A DNA stretch of 64,000 bases from Vulcanimicrobiota bacterium (lineage in GTDB: Bacteria; Vulcanimicrobiota; Vulcanimicrobiia; Vulcanimicrobiales; Vulcanimicrobiaceae), in contig OY968762.1 in the NCBI GenBank assembly GCA_963695225.1, forward strand, positions 284,501 through 348,500, given 5' to 3'. The notes below the pieces were generated by a model. The model saw only the letters and a list, made by a program, of their open reading frames with translations. It was not told the DNA's origin and searched no databases. This document shows positions 10,308 to 19,963 of this stretch, piece after piece. The stretch's first letter is position 1. Each line of letters starts with the position of its first letter. The position numbers and the translations under genes are program-made.

Positions 10308-10870
10308 AGCGGATCCTCGGCATCGATCCGGGCCTTCGCACCACGGGATACGGCGCGATCGTGCGCAGCGCGGCGGGCCTCGCGCTGATCGAAGCGGGCG
10401 TCATCACGCCGCGCATCGATCAGCCCCTGGAAGCGCGTCTCGGCACGTTGCACGCGGAACTCGCCGCCGTCATCGAAGCCACTCGCCCGGACGCCCTCGT
10501 CATCGAAGAACTCTGGAGCGCCTACAAGAACCCGGCGACCGCCGTCCTCATGGGCCACGCGCGCGGCGTCCTCTGCCTGTGCGCGCACGAACGCGGCGTC
10601 CCGGTGCACCATCTCGGTCACTCGCTGGTCAAGCGCATGCTCGCCGGCTCCGGATCCGCCCGCAAAGACCAAGTCAACCGCATGGTCATGCAGCACTTGC
10701 ATCTTTCGATCGCGCCGCGCCCGAACGACGTCTCCGACGCCTTAGCGCTCGCCATCGCCTACGCCCACATCGAAGAAACCGAACGCCGCTTCGCCGCCGC
10801 CGGCACCTCGCGCGCATTGGGCATGGCCTACTCCGGCGTCACCCTCGGCCCGTCGAAGGGTGAGATGTAA
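10304..10870 (+). CDS. ruvC: crossover junction endodeoxyribonuclease RuvC
   Basis: ILGIDPGLRTTGYG N-terminus and correct length. ATGA overlap with the kinase gene. Followed by ruvA and ruvB. Confidence 0.9.
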   Translation: MKRILGIDPGLRTTGYGAIVRSAAGLALIEAGVITPRIDQPLEARLGTLHAELAAVIEATRPDALVIEELWSAYKNPATAVLMGHARGVLCLCAHERGVPVHHLGHSLVKRMLAGSGSARKDQVNRMVMQHLHLSIAPRPNDVSDALALAIAYAHIEETERRFAAAGTSRALGMAYSGVTLGPSKGEM

Positions 10871-10873
10871 GCC

Positions 10874-11503
10874 ATGTTCTCCCGCATAACCGGCGCGATC
10901 GTCGAACGCCGCGACGCTTCCGTCCTCGTCGAAACCGCCGGCGTGGCCTACGAGATCGTTCTCGCCCCGTGCGTCGCCGAAAAACTTCGCGACATCGACC
11001 CAACCCGCGTCACGCTCGAAATCTACCCGACGTTCGCGCTCGAAGGCAACAGCGGCCGCTTCACGTTCTTCGGCTTCACGAACGCGATCGAGCGCGAGTT
11101 CTTCGAAGCGCTCCTCACCGTCGCCAGCATCGGTCCGAAAACCGCCGCCCGCGCATTCTCCCAACCCATGGGCAAAATCGCGCAAGCCATCGAACGCGGC
11201 GACCACGCCTATCTCGTGAAACTCCCCGGCATCGGCCAGCAGAAAGCCCGCGACATCGTCGCCAAACTCCAAGGCAAAGTCGCCCGCTTCTTGCTCATCC
11301 AAGACGCCGAACCCCAAGCGCCGCCGCCGATCCCCGGCTACGCAGAAGAAGCGCTCGCCGTCCTCCTGCAACTCGAATACAAGCGCCATGAAGCCGAAGC
11401 GATGATCAAGCAAACCCTCGAAGCCGTCCCCGCCGTGCGCGACACCGAATCGCTCCTCGCCGAAGTCTACCGCCTCAAGAACCGCGCGGAGAAGGCCTCG
11501 TGA
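10874..11503 (+). CDS. ruvA: Holliday junction DNA helicase RuvA
   Basis: A typical N-terminal OB region, the HhH segment LPGIGQQKARDIV, and position between ruvC and ruvB. Confidence 0.9.
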   Translation: MFSRITGAIVERRDASVLVETAGVAYEIVLAPCVAEKLRDIDPTRVTLEIYPTFALEGNSGRFTFFGFTNAIEREFFEALLTVASIGPKTAARAFSQPMGKIAQAIERGDHAYLVKLPGIGQQKARDIVAKLQGKVARFLLIQDAEPQAPPPIPGYAEEALAVLLQLEYKRHEAEAMIKQTLEAVPAVRDTESLLAEVYRLKNRAEKAS

Positions 11504-12582
11504 GCGACCCGGGCGAGACGCGCCGCATCGTCCTCGGCGGCGAAGCTCAATCCGAACGGCTCGTCGCGCCGCAAGCTTCCATGGAAGAAGCCGTCATCGG
11601 CGCAACCCTGCGCCCGCGCACGTTCGATGAATACGTCGGCCAGCACCTCATCGTCGAAAACCTGAAGATCGCCATCGCCGCCGCCCGCGGACGCGGCGAA
11701 TCGCTCGATCATATCTTATTCTACGGCCCGCCCGGCCTGGGCAAGACGACGCTCGCCGCGCTCATCGCGCACGAACTCGCACGCCCGTTCCACGTCTCTT
11801 CCGGCCCGACGCTCGAAAAGCCGAAGGACCTCGTCGGCCTCTTAACCTCGCTCGGCGAGGGCGACATCTTATTCATCGACGAGATCCACCGCCTCGGTCG
11901 AATCGTCGAAGAGTTCCTCTACCCCGCGATGGAAGATTACCGCATCGACATCATCATGGATTCCGGCGCGTACGCGAAAACCTACAAGCTCCCGCTGCAG
12001 CGCTTCACGCTCATCGGCGCAACGACGCGCGCGGGCATGCTCTCCGCTCCCTTGCGCGAGCGTTTCGGCATCACGCACCATCTCGATTACTACGATGCCG
12101 CCGATCTCGAGAAGATCGTCGTGCGCAGCGCCGGCGTCCTCGGCATCCCGATCGATCCCGAGGGTGCGAAGATGATCGCCGGCCGCAGCCGCGGCACGCC
12201 GCGCATCGCGAACCGCCTCTTGCGCCGCGTCCGCGATTTCGCGGAGGTGCGCGCCGGCGGCGAGATCACGCGCGACGTCGCCGACGAAGCGTTGCGCCGC
12301 GAGGGCGTCGACGTGCGCGGCCTCGACCGCCTGGACCGCGCGTTCCTCGGGACGATCGCCGAAGTCTACCGCGGCGGCCCCGCCGGCATCGCCGCAATCG
12401 CCGCGACGCTCAACGAAGATGCCGAAACGCTCGAAGACGTCGTCGAACCGTACTTGCTGCAGATCGGCTTCGTGCAGCGCACCGCGAGCGGCCGCAAGCT
12501 GACCGCCGCCGCCTACGCGCATCTCGAGCGCACGCCGCCCGCCGGCATCGCGCCGGGCGCCACGCAGGAGCGCTTGCTCTGA
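11500..12582 (+). CDS. ruvB: Holliday junction branch migration ATPase RuvB
   Basis: GPPGLGKTTLA Walker A, ILFIDEIHRL Walker B, and a GTPRIANRLLRRVRD segment. Confidence 0.95.
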   Translation: MSDPGETRRIVLGGEAQSERLVAPQASMEEAVIGATLRPRTFDEYVGQHLIVENLKIAIAAARGRGESLDHILFYGPPGLGKTTLAALIAHELARPFHVSSGPTLEKPKDLVGLLTSLGEGDILFIDEIHRLGRIVEEFLYPAMEDYRIDIIMDSGAYAKTYKLPLQRFTLIGATTRAGMLSAPLRERFGITHHLDYYDAADLEKIVVRSAGVLGIPIDPEGAKMIAGRSRGTPRIANRLLRRVRDFAEVRAGGEITRDVADEALRREGVDVRGLDRLDRAFLGTIAEVYRGGPAGIAAIAATLNEDAETLEDVVEPYLLQIGFVQRTASGRKLTAAAYAHLERTPPAGIAPGATQERLL

Positions 12583-12584
12583 AC

Positions 12585-13619
12585 GTGCGGCGCGGCGCGT
12601 TCCTCGCCGGGCTCGCCGGCACGCTGGCCGCAGCACCGCTTGCCGCCGATGCGACCGGCGGTCTCGATATCGATGATACGCCGCCCGTGCGCCGCAGCGT
12701 GCGCGTGCTGCTCGCCTCCGGCAACGGCTTCCCGCCGCCGGAACCGCTCGATGCCGCGAGCTTCCGCTGGAGCGGCATCGCGTACCGCGGCACGTACGCG
12801 AACGTCGCCCTCCCGGATGGAAGCGTCGGCCTGCTGAACACGCTTCCGCTAGATGCGTATCTCTACGGCGTCGTCAGCAAAGAAGTCTCGCCCGCCTGGC
12901 CGCGCGCCGCGCAAGAAGCGCAAGCGATCGTCGCCCGCACGTACGCGCTCGGGAAGCTGCGCCCGGACCGCGCGTTCGACGTGCTTCCCGGTGAAGCCGA
13001 TCAGCGTTACGGCGGCACCGCCGGAGAAACGGTCGAAGGCCGCGCCGCCGTCGACGCGACCTCCGGCATCGCCGTCACTGCCGGCCCGCAACCCGCGCGC
13101 GTCGCCTTCAGCTCGTGCTGCGGCGGCTTCACCGCGGACGCCGGCGACACGTGGGGCAAAGCGTATCCGTACCTCCCCGCGCACGCCGACCCGTACTGCG
13201 CGAATGCGCCGGTCTTCAGCTGGCGCGCCGAGATCCCGTACGATGCGATCGCGCGCGCGCTCGGCGGCGAGTTCGCTGCGCTCGGCCCGCTCGAACGGAT
13301 CGAACTCCGCGAGCCCGACCGCTCCGGCCGCCCGCGCACCGTCGCATTCGTAGGCGCGCAGCGAACGTTCGAAATGCGCACGCCGGATTTCCGCGCGCGC
13401 CTCGGCTACGGCGTGGTGAAGAGCACGCTCCTCCGCTCGATCGCCTTCGGCGGCGCGGACCCGGGAACGCCGGGCGGCACGATCGTGATCGAGGGCAACG
13501 GAAACGGACACGGCGTCGGCATGTGCCAGTGGGGCGCCCGCCAGATGGCGGCCGCCGGCGCCTCCGCGCACGAGATCGTCGCGTTCTACTTCCCGACGAC
13601 GACGCTCGCGCGCGCGTAA
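12585..13619 (+). CDS. SpoIID/LytB domain protein
   Basis: Tat/Sec-like N-terminus (RRGAFLAGLAGTLAAAP). SSCCGGFT and GHGVGMCQWGA motifs are typical of the SpoIID family. Confidence 0.8.
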   Translation: MRRGAFLAGLAGTLAAAPLAADATGGLDIDDTPPVRRSVRVLLASGNGFPPPEPLDAASFRWSGIAYRGTYANVALPDGSVGLLNTLPLDAYLYGVVSKEVSPAWPRAAQEAQAIVARTYALGKLRPDRAFDVLPGEADQRYGGTAGETVEGRAAVDATSGIAVTAGPQPARVAFSSCCGGFTADAGDTWGKAYPYLPAHADPYCANAPVFSWRAEIPYDAIARALGGEFAALGPLERIELREPDRSGRPRTVAFVGAQRTFEMRTPDFRARLGYGVVKSTLLRSIAFGGADPGTPGGTIVIEGNGNGHGVGMCQWGARQMAAAGASAHEIVAFYFPTTTLARA

Positions 13620-13624
13620 GCCGA

Positions 13625-14752
13625 ATGGAGCCGAGCGAAAGCGAGAGCGTCGATCTGCGCTCGACCGCAGCGTACCGCTACGAGTTGCCGCCCGAACTGA
13701 TCGCGCACGTTCCGGCGGAACCGCGCGACGCCGCGCGCCTGCTGCACCTCGAGGCCGGCGGCACGCTCGCCGACCGCACGTTCTCCGACTTCCCGGGGCT
13801 CTTGCGCAACGGCGACGTGCTCGTAGTGAACGAGACGCGCGTGATCAAGGCGCGCTTGATCGGAACGCGCGAACACGGCGGCGGTGCTGCGGAGATCTTC
13901 TTGCTGCGGCCGACCGACCGCGAGCGCTACGACGGAAGCGCGCGCACGTTCGAAGCGCTCGTTCGCCCGGGCCGTCGCCTACGCGCCGGCGCGCGCGTCC
14001 GCTTCGGCGAGCTCGCGGTCGCGGAGATCCTCTCGGTAGCGCCGGACGGCGTGCGAACGGTCCGCTTCGAGTGCGAGGGCTCGCTCGACGGCGTGCTGGA
14101 GCGTTTCGGCCGAATGCCGCTCCCGCCGTACGTCGGCCCCGGCGACGCCGCCCGTGACGCCCGCTACCAAACGATCTTCGGCCGCGTCCCCGGCAGCGTC
14201 GCGGCGCCGACCGCCTCGCTGCATTTCACGGAAGCGACGTTCGCGGCGTTGGCGGAACGCGGCGTCGAGGTCGTCCCGCTCGTCCTCGACGTCGGCCTCG
14301 GCACGTTCAAGCCGATGGAAGCCGGCTCGATCGACGCCCACCACATGCATTTCGAGCACTACGAGATCCCCGCCGAAACCGCGCGCGCGATCGCCGCCGC
14401 CCGCCGCACTGGCCGCCGCGTGATCGCCGCCGGCACAACTGTTCTGCGCGCCCTAGAGAGCGCGGCAGAAGAAGGCGGCGTCCGCGCCGGCCACGGCGAG
14501 ACCAACCTCTTCATAACCCCCGGCTTCAAGTTCCGCATCGCCGACGCACTGCTGACGAACTTCCACCTTCCCGCCTCAACGCTGCTCGTGCTCGTCAGCG
14601 CCTTCGCAGGCTACGAGCGAACCCGCGCCGCCTACGCGCACGCTATCGCCGAACGCTACCGTTTTTTTTCCTTCGGCGACGCGATGCTCATCGAGCGCAC
14701 CCCCGATCGCCGCCTGGGCCGGCACTCCGTTCCCGCAGGTCCTGCAGCATGA
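13625..14752 (+). CDS. queA: S-adenosylmethionine:tRNA ribosyltransferase-isomerase
   Basis: YELPPELIA, VVNETRVI, PLPPY, TNFHLP and YRFFSFGDAMLI motifs. In-frame ATG at 13625; the upstream part of the track ORF is shadow sequence. Confidence 0.9.
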   Translation: MEPSESESVDLRSTAAYRYELPPELIAHVPAEPRDAARLLHLEAGGTLADRTFSDFPGLLRNGDVLVVNETRVIKARLIGTREHGGGAAEIFLLRPTDRERYDGSARTFEALVRPGRRLRAGARVRFGELAVAEILSVAPDGVRTVRFECEGSLDGVLERFGRMPLPPYVGPGDAARDARYQTIFGRVPGSVAAPTASLHFTEATFAALAERGVEVVPLVLDVGLGTFKPMEAGSIDAHHMHFEHYEIPAETARAIAAARRTGRRVIAAGTTVLRALESAAEEGGVRAGHGETNLFITPGFKFRIADALLTNFHLPASTLLVLVSAFAGYERTRAAYAHAIAERYRFFSFGDAMLIERTPDRRLGRHSVPAGPAA

Positions 14753-14998
14753 CCTGCGCGCCGTCTACGTGATGTTCCCGGCCGGCTTCGACCAACTGCC
14801 GTACTTTCACGTTACCGATATGCCGCCGTCGGAGGCCGGGCGATCTTTAGGACCTACGCACAGCTAGGAGGGCCCTTGGCACTGCCGAAAGCAACCGGCT
14901 GCTGCCACGCCGGTTCTCGCCGGGGGCGGCGTCTGCGCAGCCGGCAGACCGATGGGGAATCCAAGTAGACAGTCATCCTCGCACTGAGGTGGAACGTC

Positions 14999-17242
14999 AT
15001 GGGGCTTCGCGCGGGTTCGCGCCTCGTTCGCAGGATTCTCGTCGCAGCGTTGCTCGCGGCGCCCGCCCTGTCGCTCCTCGGCGTTCCCGCAAGCGCTGAG
15101 CCCCAAGCACCGGCGTGGCTCACGGTGCGCAAGAGCATCGCCGTCGTCGGTTACCAAAAACCCGATGGTACGTTTGCCGAGTACGGCACGGGATTCTGTT
15201 TCGAATCCGATGCCGAGCAATCGAAATTCATTACCGATTTGCATGTGGTCGAGGCGCCGCGCGAAGGCGGCCTGAAGCTCGTGGTCCGCTTGCCGGGCTC
15301 GTCCTCTGCTCAGCCCGCGACGATCTTAGATCAACGGAAGGAGTACGACTTAGCCGTCGTCTCGATCAAGGTCGGCAATGTTCCGCCGCTGCACTTCAGC
15401 CCCGGCGCGCCGGAGCAGACCGATAGAATCGCGATCGGCGGCTACCCGTTCCTCGAAGCGGTCATGCTCGGAAACTTGGCCGGCCAATCTGCGCAAGTAG
15501 CAGAACTCCGGCAGGCCAACGTCTCCCCCGCAGTCCACATGGGCATGGTCAGCTCGTTCGCCGATCCTTTCCTCGCCTTCGATTTGGAAGGTAGCCGCGC
15601 CGATGAGGGCAACAGCGGCGGTCCCATCTTCGACCCGAAGACGGGCCTCGTCTACGGCGTCATCGAGGGCTTCATCACGCACGACGCCGCTGCGGCAAGC
15701 CACGGCTCGACGCAATCGAGTGCCGACATCAACATGGCGTGGCTCGGGAAGTATGCCGTCGCGCTGATTCAGAACGCCCTCCCTAGCGGAACGAACAACC
15801 CTGGACCATCCGGCATCACCCGGACCGGCGCGGTGCTCGACAACCTCAGCCTCCTCCTCGCAGCCGCAAAGAACGGGAATGCAGACGCTCAGAACAAGGT
15901 CGCGCTCCTGTATCGCTCCGGCACCGGCGGCGTGCCGCAAGATTACGCGCAGGCCCTGCATTGGTTCCAAGCCGCAGCCGACCAGAATAACGCGAACGCC
16001 CAAGTCAACCTCGGCCTCATGTATGACGACGGCCACGGCGTGCCGCAAGATTACGGCCAGGCGATGCAGTGGTACCAGCGGGCCGCTGCGCGAGGCAATG
16101 CGATCGCCCAAAACAACATCGGCTTCCTGTACGAGAACGGCCACGGAGTGCCCCAAGACTACGCGCAGGCGCTGCATTGGTACAGGCTCGCGGCCGATCA
16201 GGGCCAGAGATCCGCGCAGTACAATATCGGCACGCTGTACGACGACGGCCACGGCGTAGCGCAGGATTACGCGCAGGCCATGCATTGGTACCAACTGTCC
16301 GCCGCGCAGGGCGACGCGAGCGCGCAGGACAATATCGGCTTTCTCTACGACGACGGCCATGGAGTAGCACAGGATTACGCGCAAGCCATGCATTGGTACC
16401 AACTGTCCGCCGCACAAGGCAATGCGAGTGCGCAGTACAATATCGGCATGCTCTACGACGACGGCCACGGCGTAGCGCAGGATTACGCGCAGGCCATGCA
16501 TTGGTACCAACTGGCCGCCGCGCAAGGCGATGCGAGCGCCCAAAACAATATCGGCTTTCTCTACGAGAAAGGCCGCGGCGTAACGCAAGATTACGCGCAG
16601 GCCATGCATTGGTTCCAGCTCGCCGCCGCACAAGGCGACGACGGCGCGCAGTACAATATCGGCGACCTGTACTATTACGGTCGCGGCGTGCCCCAAGACT
16701 ACGTGCAGGCAATGCGCTGGTATCAGAGCGCCGCCGCGAAGAGCAACAGCGACGCTCAGTACAGCATCGGAATCCTCTACAACTACGGCTACGGCGTGCC
16801 GCAAGATTACGCGCAGGCCATGCATTGGTACAAACTCGCCGCCTCGCAAGGCAACGAGGACGCGCAGTACAGCATCGGCGACCTCTACTACTACGGTCGC
16901 GGCGTGCCCCGAGACTACGGGCAGGCGATGCGCTGGTATCAGAGCGCCGCCGCGAAGAACAACAGCGACGCTCAATACAGCATCGGCATTCTGTACGAAT
17001 ACGGCTACGGCGTTTCGCGCGATTACGCTTCGGCGCTGCGCTGGTTCAGGCTCGCCGCGGACCAGGAAAACGGGGACGCCGAGTATAGCCTCGGCATCGT
17101 CTACGAATACGGCCGCGGAGTGCCGCGGGACTACGCCCAAGCTCTGCACTGGTACAAACTCGCGGCCGGACATGGCGACAAGAACGCGGCGGAGGCCGTC
17201 AGGCGCCTCGAGTCGCAGCCTGCCCGGCCGGCCCCACCCTAA
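14999..17242 (+). CDS. secreted trypsin-like serine protease fused to a Sel1-repeat (SLR/TPR-like) array
   Basis: Signal-like N-terminus. Candidate His/Asp/Ser residues in DLHVV, DLAVV and GNSGGPIFD. About 12 consecutive 36-aa units of the form A..WY..AA.QG...AQ..IG.LY..G.GV.QDY follow. Confidence 0.85.
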   Translation: MGLRAGSRLVRRILVAALLAAPALSLLGVPASAEPQAPAWLTVRKSIAVVGYQKPDGTFAEYGTGFCFESDAEQSKFITDLHVVEAPREGGLKLVVRLPGSSSAQPATILDQRKEYDLAVVSIKVGNVPPLHFSPGAPEQTDRIAIGGYPFLEAVMLGNLAGQSAQVAELRQANVSPAVHMGMVSSFADPFLAFDLEGSRADEGNSGGPIFDPKTGLVYGVIEGFITHDAAAASHGSTQSSADINMAWLGKYAVALIQNALPSGTNNPGPSGITRTGAVLDNLSLLLAAAKNGNADAQNKVALLYRSGTGGVPQDYAQALHWFQAAADQNNANAQVNLGLMYDDGHGVPQDYGQAMQWYQRAAARGNAIAQNNIGFLYENGHGVPQDYAQALHWYRLAADQGQRSAQYNIGTLYDDGHGVAQDYAQAMHWYQLSAAQGDASAQDNIGFLYDDGHGVAQDYAQAMHWYQLSAAQGNASAQYNIGMLYDDGHGVAQDYAQAMHWYQLAAAQGDASAQNNIGFLYEKGRGVTQDYAQAMHWFQLAAAQGDDGAQYNIGDLYYYGRGVPQDYVQAMRWYQSAAAKSNSDAQYSIGILYNYGYGVPQDYAQAMHWYKLAASQGNEDAQYSIGDLYYYGRGVPRDYGQAMRWYQSAAAKNNSDAQYSIGILYEYGYGVSRDYASALRWFRLAADQENGDAEYSLGIVYEYGRGVPRDYAQALHWYKLAAGHGDKNAAEAVRRLESQPARPAPP
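15880..17170. repeat. tandem 108-bp coding repeats (Sel1 units), several nearly identical at DNA level
   Basis: Strings such as gcgcaggattacgcgcaggccatgcattggtaccaact recur at 108-bp spacing (for example near 16260, 16370 and 16480). Confidence 0.85.
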
Positions 17243-17273
17243 AGCGCGCGTCCGGTCGCAGGCGCACGCCGGC

Positions 17274-19925
17274 ATGGGAGCTGCGGAAATGGCCCGAAGA
17301 ACGGTGCGGAGGTACCGAACTTTGCGTCCGCGCTCGATGCCCTACCTCCTCGCGGCGGCGATCCTTGCTCTTGCCGGCGTCATTCCGCGCCCCGGCGGAG
17401 CGGCGATTCGTTATGCGCCGCAAGCGGCGCCGCAGATCGCTCCGCTGACGCTCGAAATCGGCTTCGGGGGCGTCGTGACGCCGATCGCGCCGGAACAGCC
17501 GCCCTCGAGCGCTCGCGCCGGCGCGACGGGCATCGCCGCCGGCAAGAAGCGGCCGGAACTGTGTCCGAATTCCGGCGGCGAATTCCGGGTCACGCCCGAC
17601 GTTGCCGAAATGCAGGGCGCGTTCTTTTGCATCGGCGCGTCGAGCGCCGGGCTCAACGTCCACTTCGATTCCGACCTTCCGTTCACCACGGTGACGCCGC
17701 TGAAGTGCGTCGCGCTGCACGGCCCCCAGACGGCGGCCGGGACGGTCGTCACCTTCGTCGCCCGGTCCGGACGCAGGGTCGGGGACCACGTCGTTTACGA
17801 CGGCGGTCGCGCGCAGTGCGATCTCGGGGTCGCGTTCGCCTACGCGTACTCGGTCGAGCGGCTCAACGTCGCACGCAGCGTCGGCCCCGGGAAGAGCGTC
17901 GCGAGCCGCGTCGTGACGATTCCGTGGAAGCAGTTGCAGCCGGGCTCGCAGACGGCGAGCATCATGGTCGCCGTCGAGGTCTGCGCGTTGCACGACGACT
18001 GCACGACCGATCAGCTTCAAGTCGAAATCCCCGTCCGCGTTCAGGCCGGCGGCGCCTCGCTCGCGCTCGCGTACTCGCCGTACGTCAAGAACGCGGGCCC
18101 GACGCCTGCGCCGCAAGCGACGCCCGGGCGGTATTATCGGATCGGCGTCGACGCCGCTTGGAGTTGGGACGAGCGCAGCCTGCTCATGACTTCGTTCGCT
18201 CAGGATCAAAGCACGGTCGCCACGCAGCGCGCTCTAGCGCAAGCGCTCGGCATCTCCCCGCTCGCCGCACCCTCGAACGTCCGGATGGCGATCGCGCAGA
18301 CGCTGCAGACAAGCGGTCAGCCGTACTTCGCGTTTCAATCGCCGAGCGGTTCTCTAAACGATGTAAGCCTGAAGCCAACCTTCGACATGCAGCCCTACTC
18401 GCTTTCGAAGCTCGGCAGCTTGGCCTCGGGGTATCTGTACGCCTTCGACTCGCAGCCGCTCAAGATCGCCGCCGCATACGGGAATCAGGCGCAGGGCCGC
18501 TATTCCGGTGCGGAGATCGTGACGCTGAGCCTTCCGACGCCGCGGCCGAGCCCGGAACCTTCGCCGCGCACGTTACCGCCGCAGATTAACAAGACCGGCG
18601 CGATGAACCGGTTGCCGCTGCAACCGCCGCCGCCGCCCGCGCCGATCGTCGAGTCCGATACGGCAAACGATCCGCCGCTGGTCGCGTCGCTTTCGAATTC
18701 GTACGTCGGCTCGGCCGGGACGCGCGACTCGGTCGACGCGTATGGACTCCGGGCGCACGTGTACCGCAATGCGACCGCCAGCTACACCGGCTATCACGCG
18801 CTGACCGTCGATCTGTTCGGCGAGCTGCAACACGACCTGCAGAACCCGTGGCCTTCCCCGCCGGCGAGCGCAAAGGCGCAGTTCGCCGGTGAGTCGGCGA
18901 GCTTCACGTCATCCTCGGCGGGCGGAGGAGAGTCGTTCTGGCAGTTGCGAGAGACCGTCGGCGCGCAGATCGACGACCCGAACTTCTCGCCGCGCGCCGG
19001 TGCCATCACGTGGCTGGCGCCGCTCGACGGCCCGGTCGTCCACCTTGCGGCTTCGGGAGCGGTTGGCCCGCGCGCGCGCTACTACGCGCTCGACCTGTTC
19101 GGTTTCCGCCTCACGAACACGGAGCGAGACGTCGCGACGCAGGAAGGCGTGCAACTGACGGCTCCGCTCTTTTCTGCGCCCGGCTGGCTCCTGACCGGGG
19201 GCACGCAAACGCAGGTCGTCTCCGACCGCATGGCGGCGCTGGAGCAGGGGCTCGTGGGAAGCTACGCCGCCGCCGTCGCGGAGGTCATACCGACGCCCGG
19301 CCCGAGCGGCATTGCAGCCACCTCGCCGCGGCGCGCGCAGCATCTCGACAACGTGTCGCTGCAATCGCCGATGCTCGCGCTCTTCGGCGCCCGCGCGCCG
19401 CTGGACGTTCAGTACCGTTTCGTCGCCGGCTACAACGCCGGCAACGTGACCGCGTGCAACAGCAGCGGGAGCGGGAAGGCGCTCACCTACCAGTGCCTGC
19501 TGCAGCCGACGAACCACCTCGTCGGCGGGCTGTTCCTGCAGATCGACAAGCTCGGCATCGGCGTGACCGATACGCCCGCGCTTTCGAGCAACGTCGGTTC
19601 GAGCGGCGCGGCGCGCAACGTTGGGGCGAGCGGCAGCCTGCCCGGCGCGGTCACGGCGTTCCTGACGTACGCCGGCTGCCCCGCACTCTCGGCCGCATAC
19701 GCAAACGCCGCTTTCCCGCAGGGCATTCCGCTTCCGCAGCAAGGTAGCACGATCTCGGCCGAGATGGACTACCCGCTGCGCGTGCGGGCGGCGACGTTCG
19801 ACGTGGGGCTTGGCTACTTCAACGAGCAGCCTGCGACGCTCGGCGTGCCGGGTTCCGCCGGCTTCTTCGCAACGCTGCGCTTGGGCGCTGCGACCGCGCG
19901 CCCCGGCTCACGCTGCGCCTCCTGA
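17274..19925 (+). CDS. large secreted/exported hypothetical protein
   Basis: ~880-aa ORF with a hydrophobic N-terminal segment (MPYLLAAAILALAGV) and a Pro-rich linker, with balanced composition. I recognise no domain. The start is uncertain (17274, 17289 or later). Confidence 0.55.
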   Translation: MGAAEMARRTVRRYRTLRPRSMPYLLAAAILALAGVIPRPGGAAIRYAPQAAPQIAPLTLEIGFGGVVTPIAPEQPPSSARAGATGIAAGKKRPELCPNSGGEFRVTPDVAEMQGAFFCIGASSAGLNVHFDSDLPFTTVTPLKCVALHGPQTAAGTVVTFVARSGRRVGDHVVYDGGRAQCDLGVAFAYAYSVERLNVARSVGPGKSVASRVVTIPWKQLQPGSQTASIMVAVEVCALHDDCTTDQLQVEIPVRVQAGGASLALAYSPYVKNAGPTPAPQATPGRYYRIGVDAAWSWDERSLLMTSFAQDQSTVATQRALAQALGISPLAAPSNVRMAIAQTLQTSGQPYFAFQSPSGSLNDVSLKPTFDMQPYSLSKLGSLASGYLYAFDSQPLKIAAAYGNQAQGRYSGAEIVTLSLPTPRPSPEPSPRTLPPQINKTGAMNRLPLQPPPPPAPIVESDTANDPPLVASLSNSYVGSAGTRDSVDAYGLRAHVYRNATASYTGYHALTVDLFGELQHDLQNPWPSPPASAKAQFAGESASFTSSSAGGGESFWQLRETVGAQIDDPNFSPRAGAITWLAPLDGPVVHLAASGAVGPRARYYALDLFGFRLTNTERDVATQEGVQLTAPLFSAPGWLLTGGTQTQVVSDRMAALEQGLVGSYAAAVAEVIPTPGPSGIAATSPRRAQHLDNVSLQSPMLALFGARAPLDVQYRFVAGYNAGNVTACNSSGSGKALTYQCLLQPTNHLVGGLFLQIDKLGIGVTDTPALSSNVGSSGAARNVGASGSLPGAVTAFLTYAGCPALSAAYANAAFPQGIPLPQQGSTISAEMDYPLRVRAATFDVGLGYFNEQPATLGVPGSAGFFATLRLGAATARPGSRCAS

Positions 19926-19963
19926 CCGCCCGGAGAAAGGGCCCGCCGCGTTCGGCGGTTTCT

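Noticed and set aside
15350-17275. 641-aa antisense ORF and 16017..17088 alternative-frame ORFs across the Sel1 repeat array.
   Set aside because: The periodic DNA keeps all frames open. Only the plus frame gives canonical Sel1 units and a protease domain.
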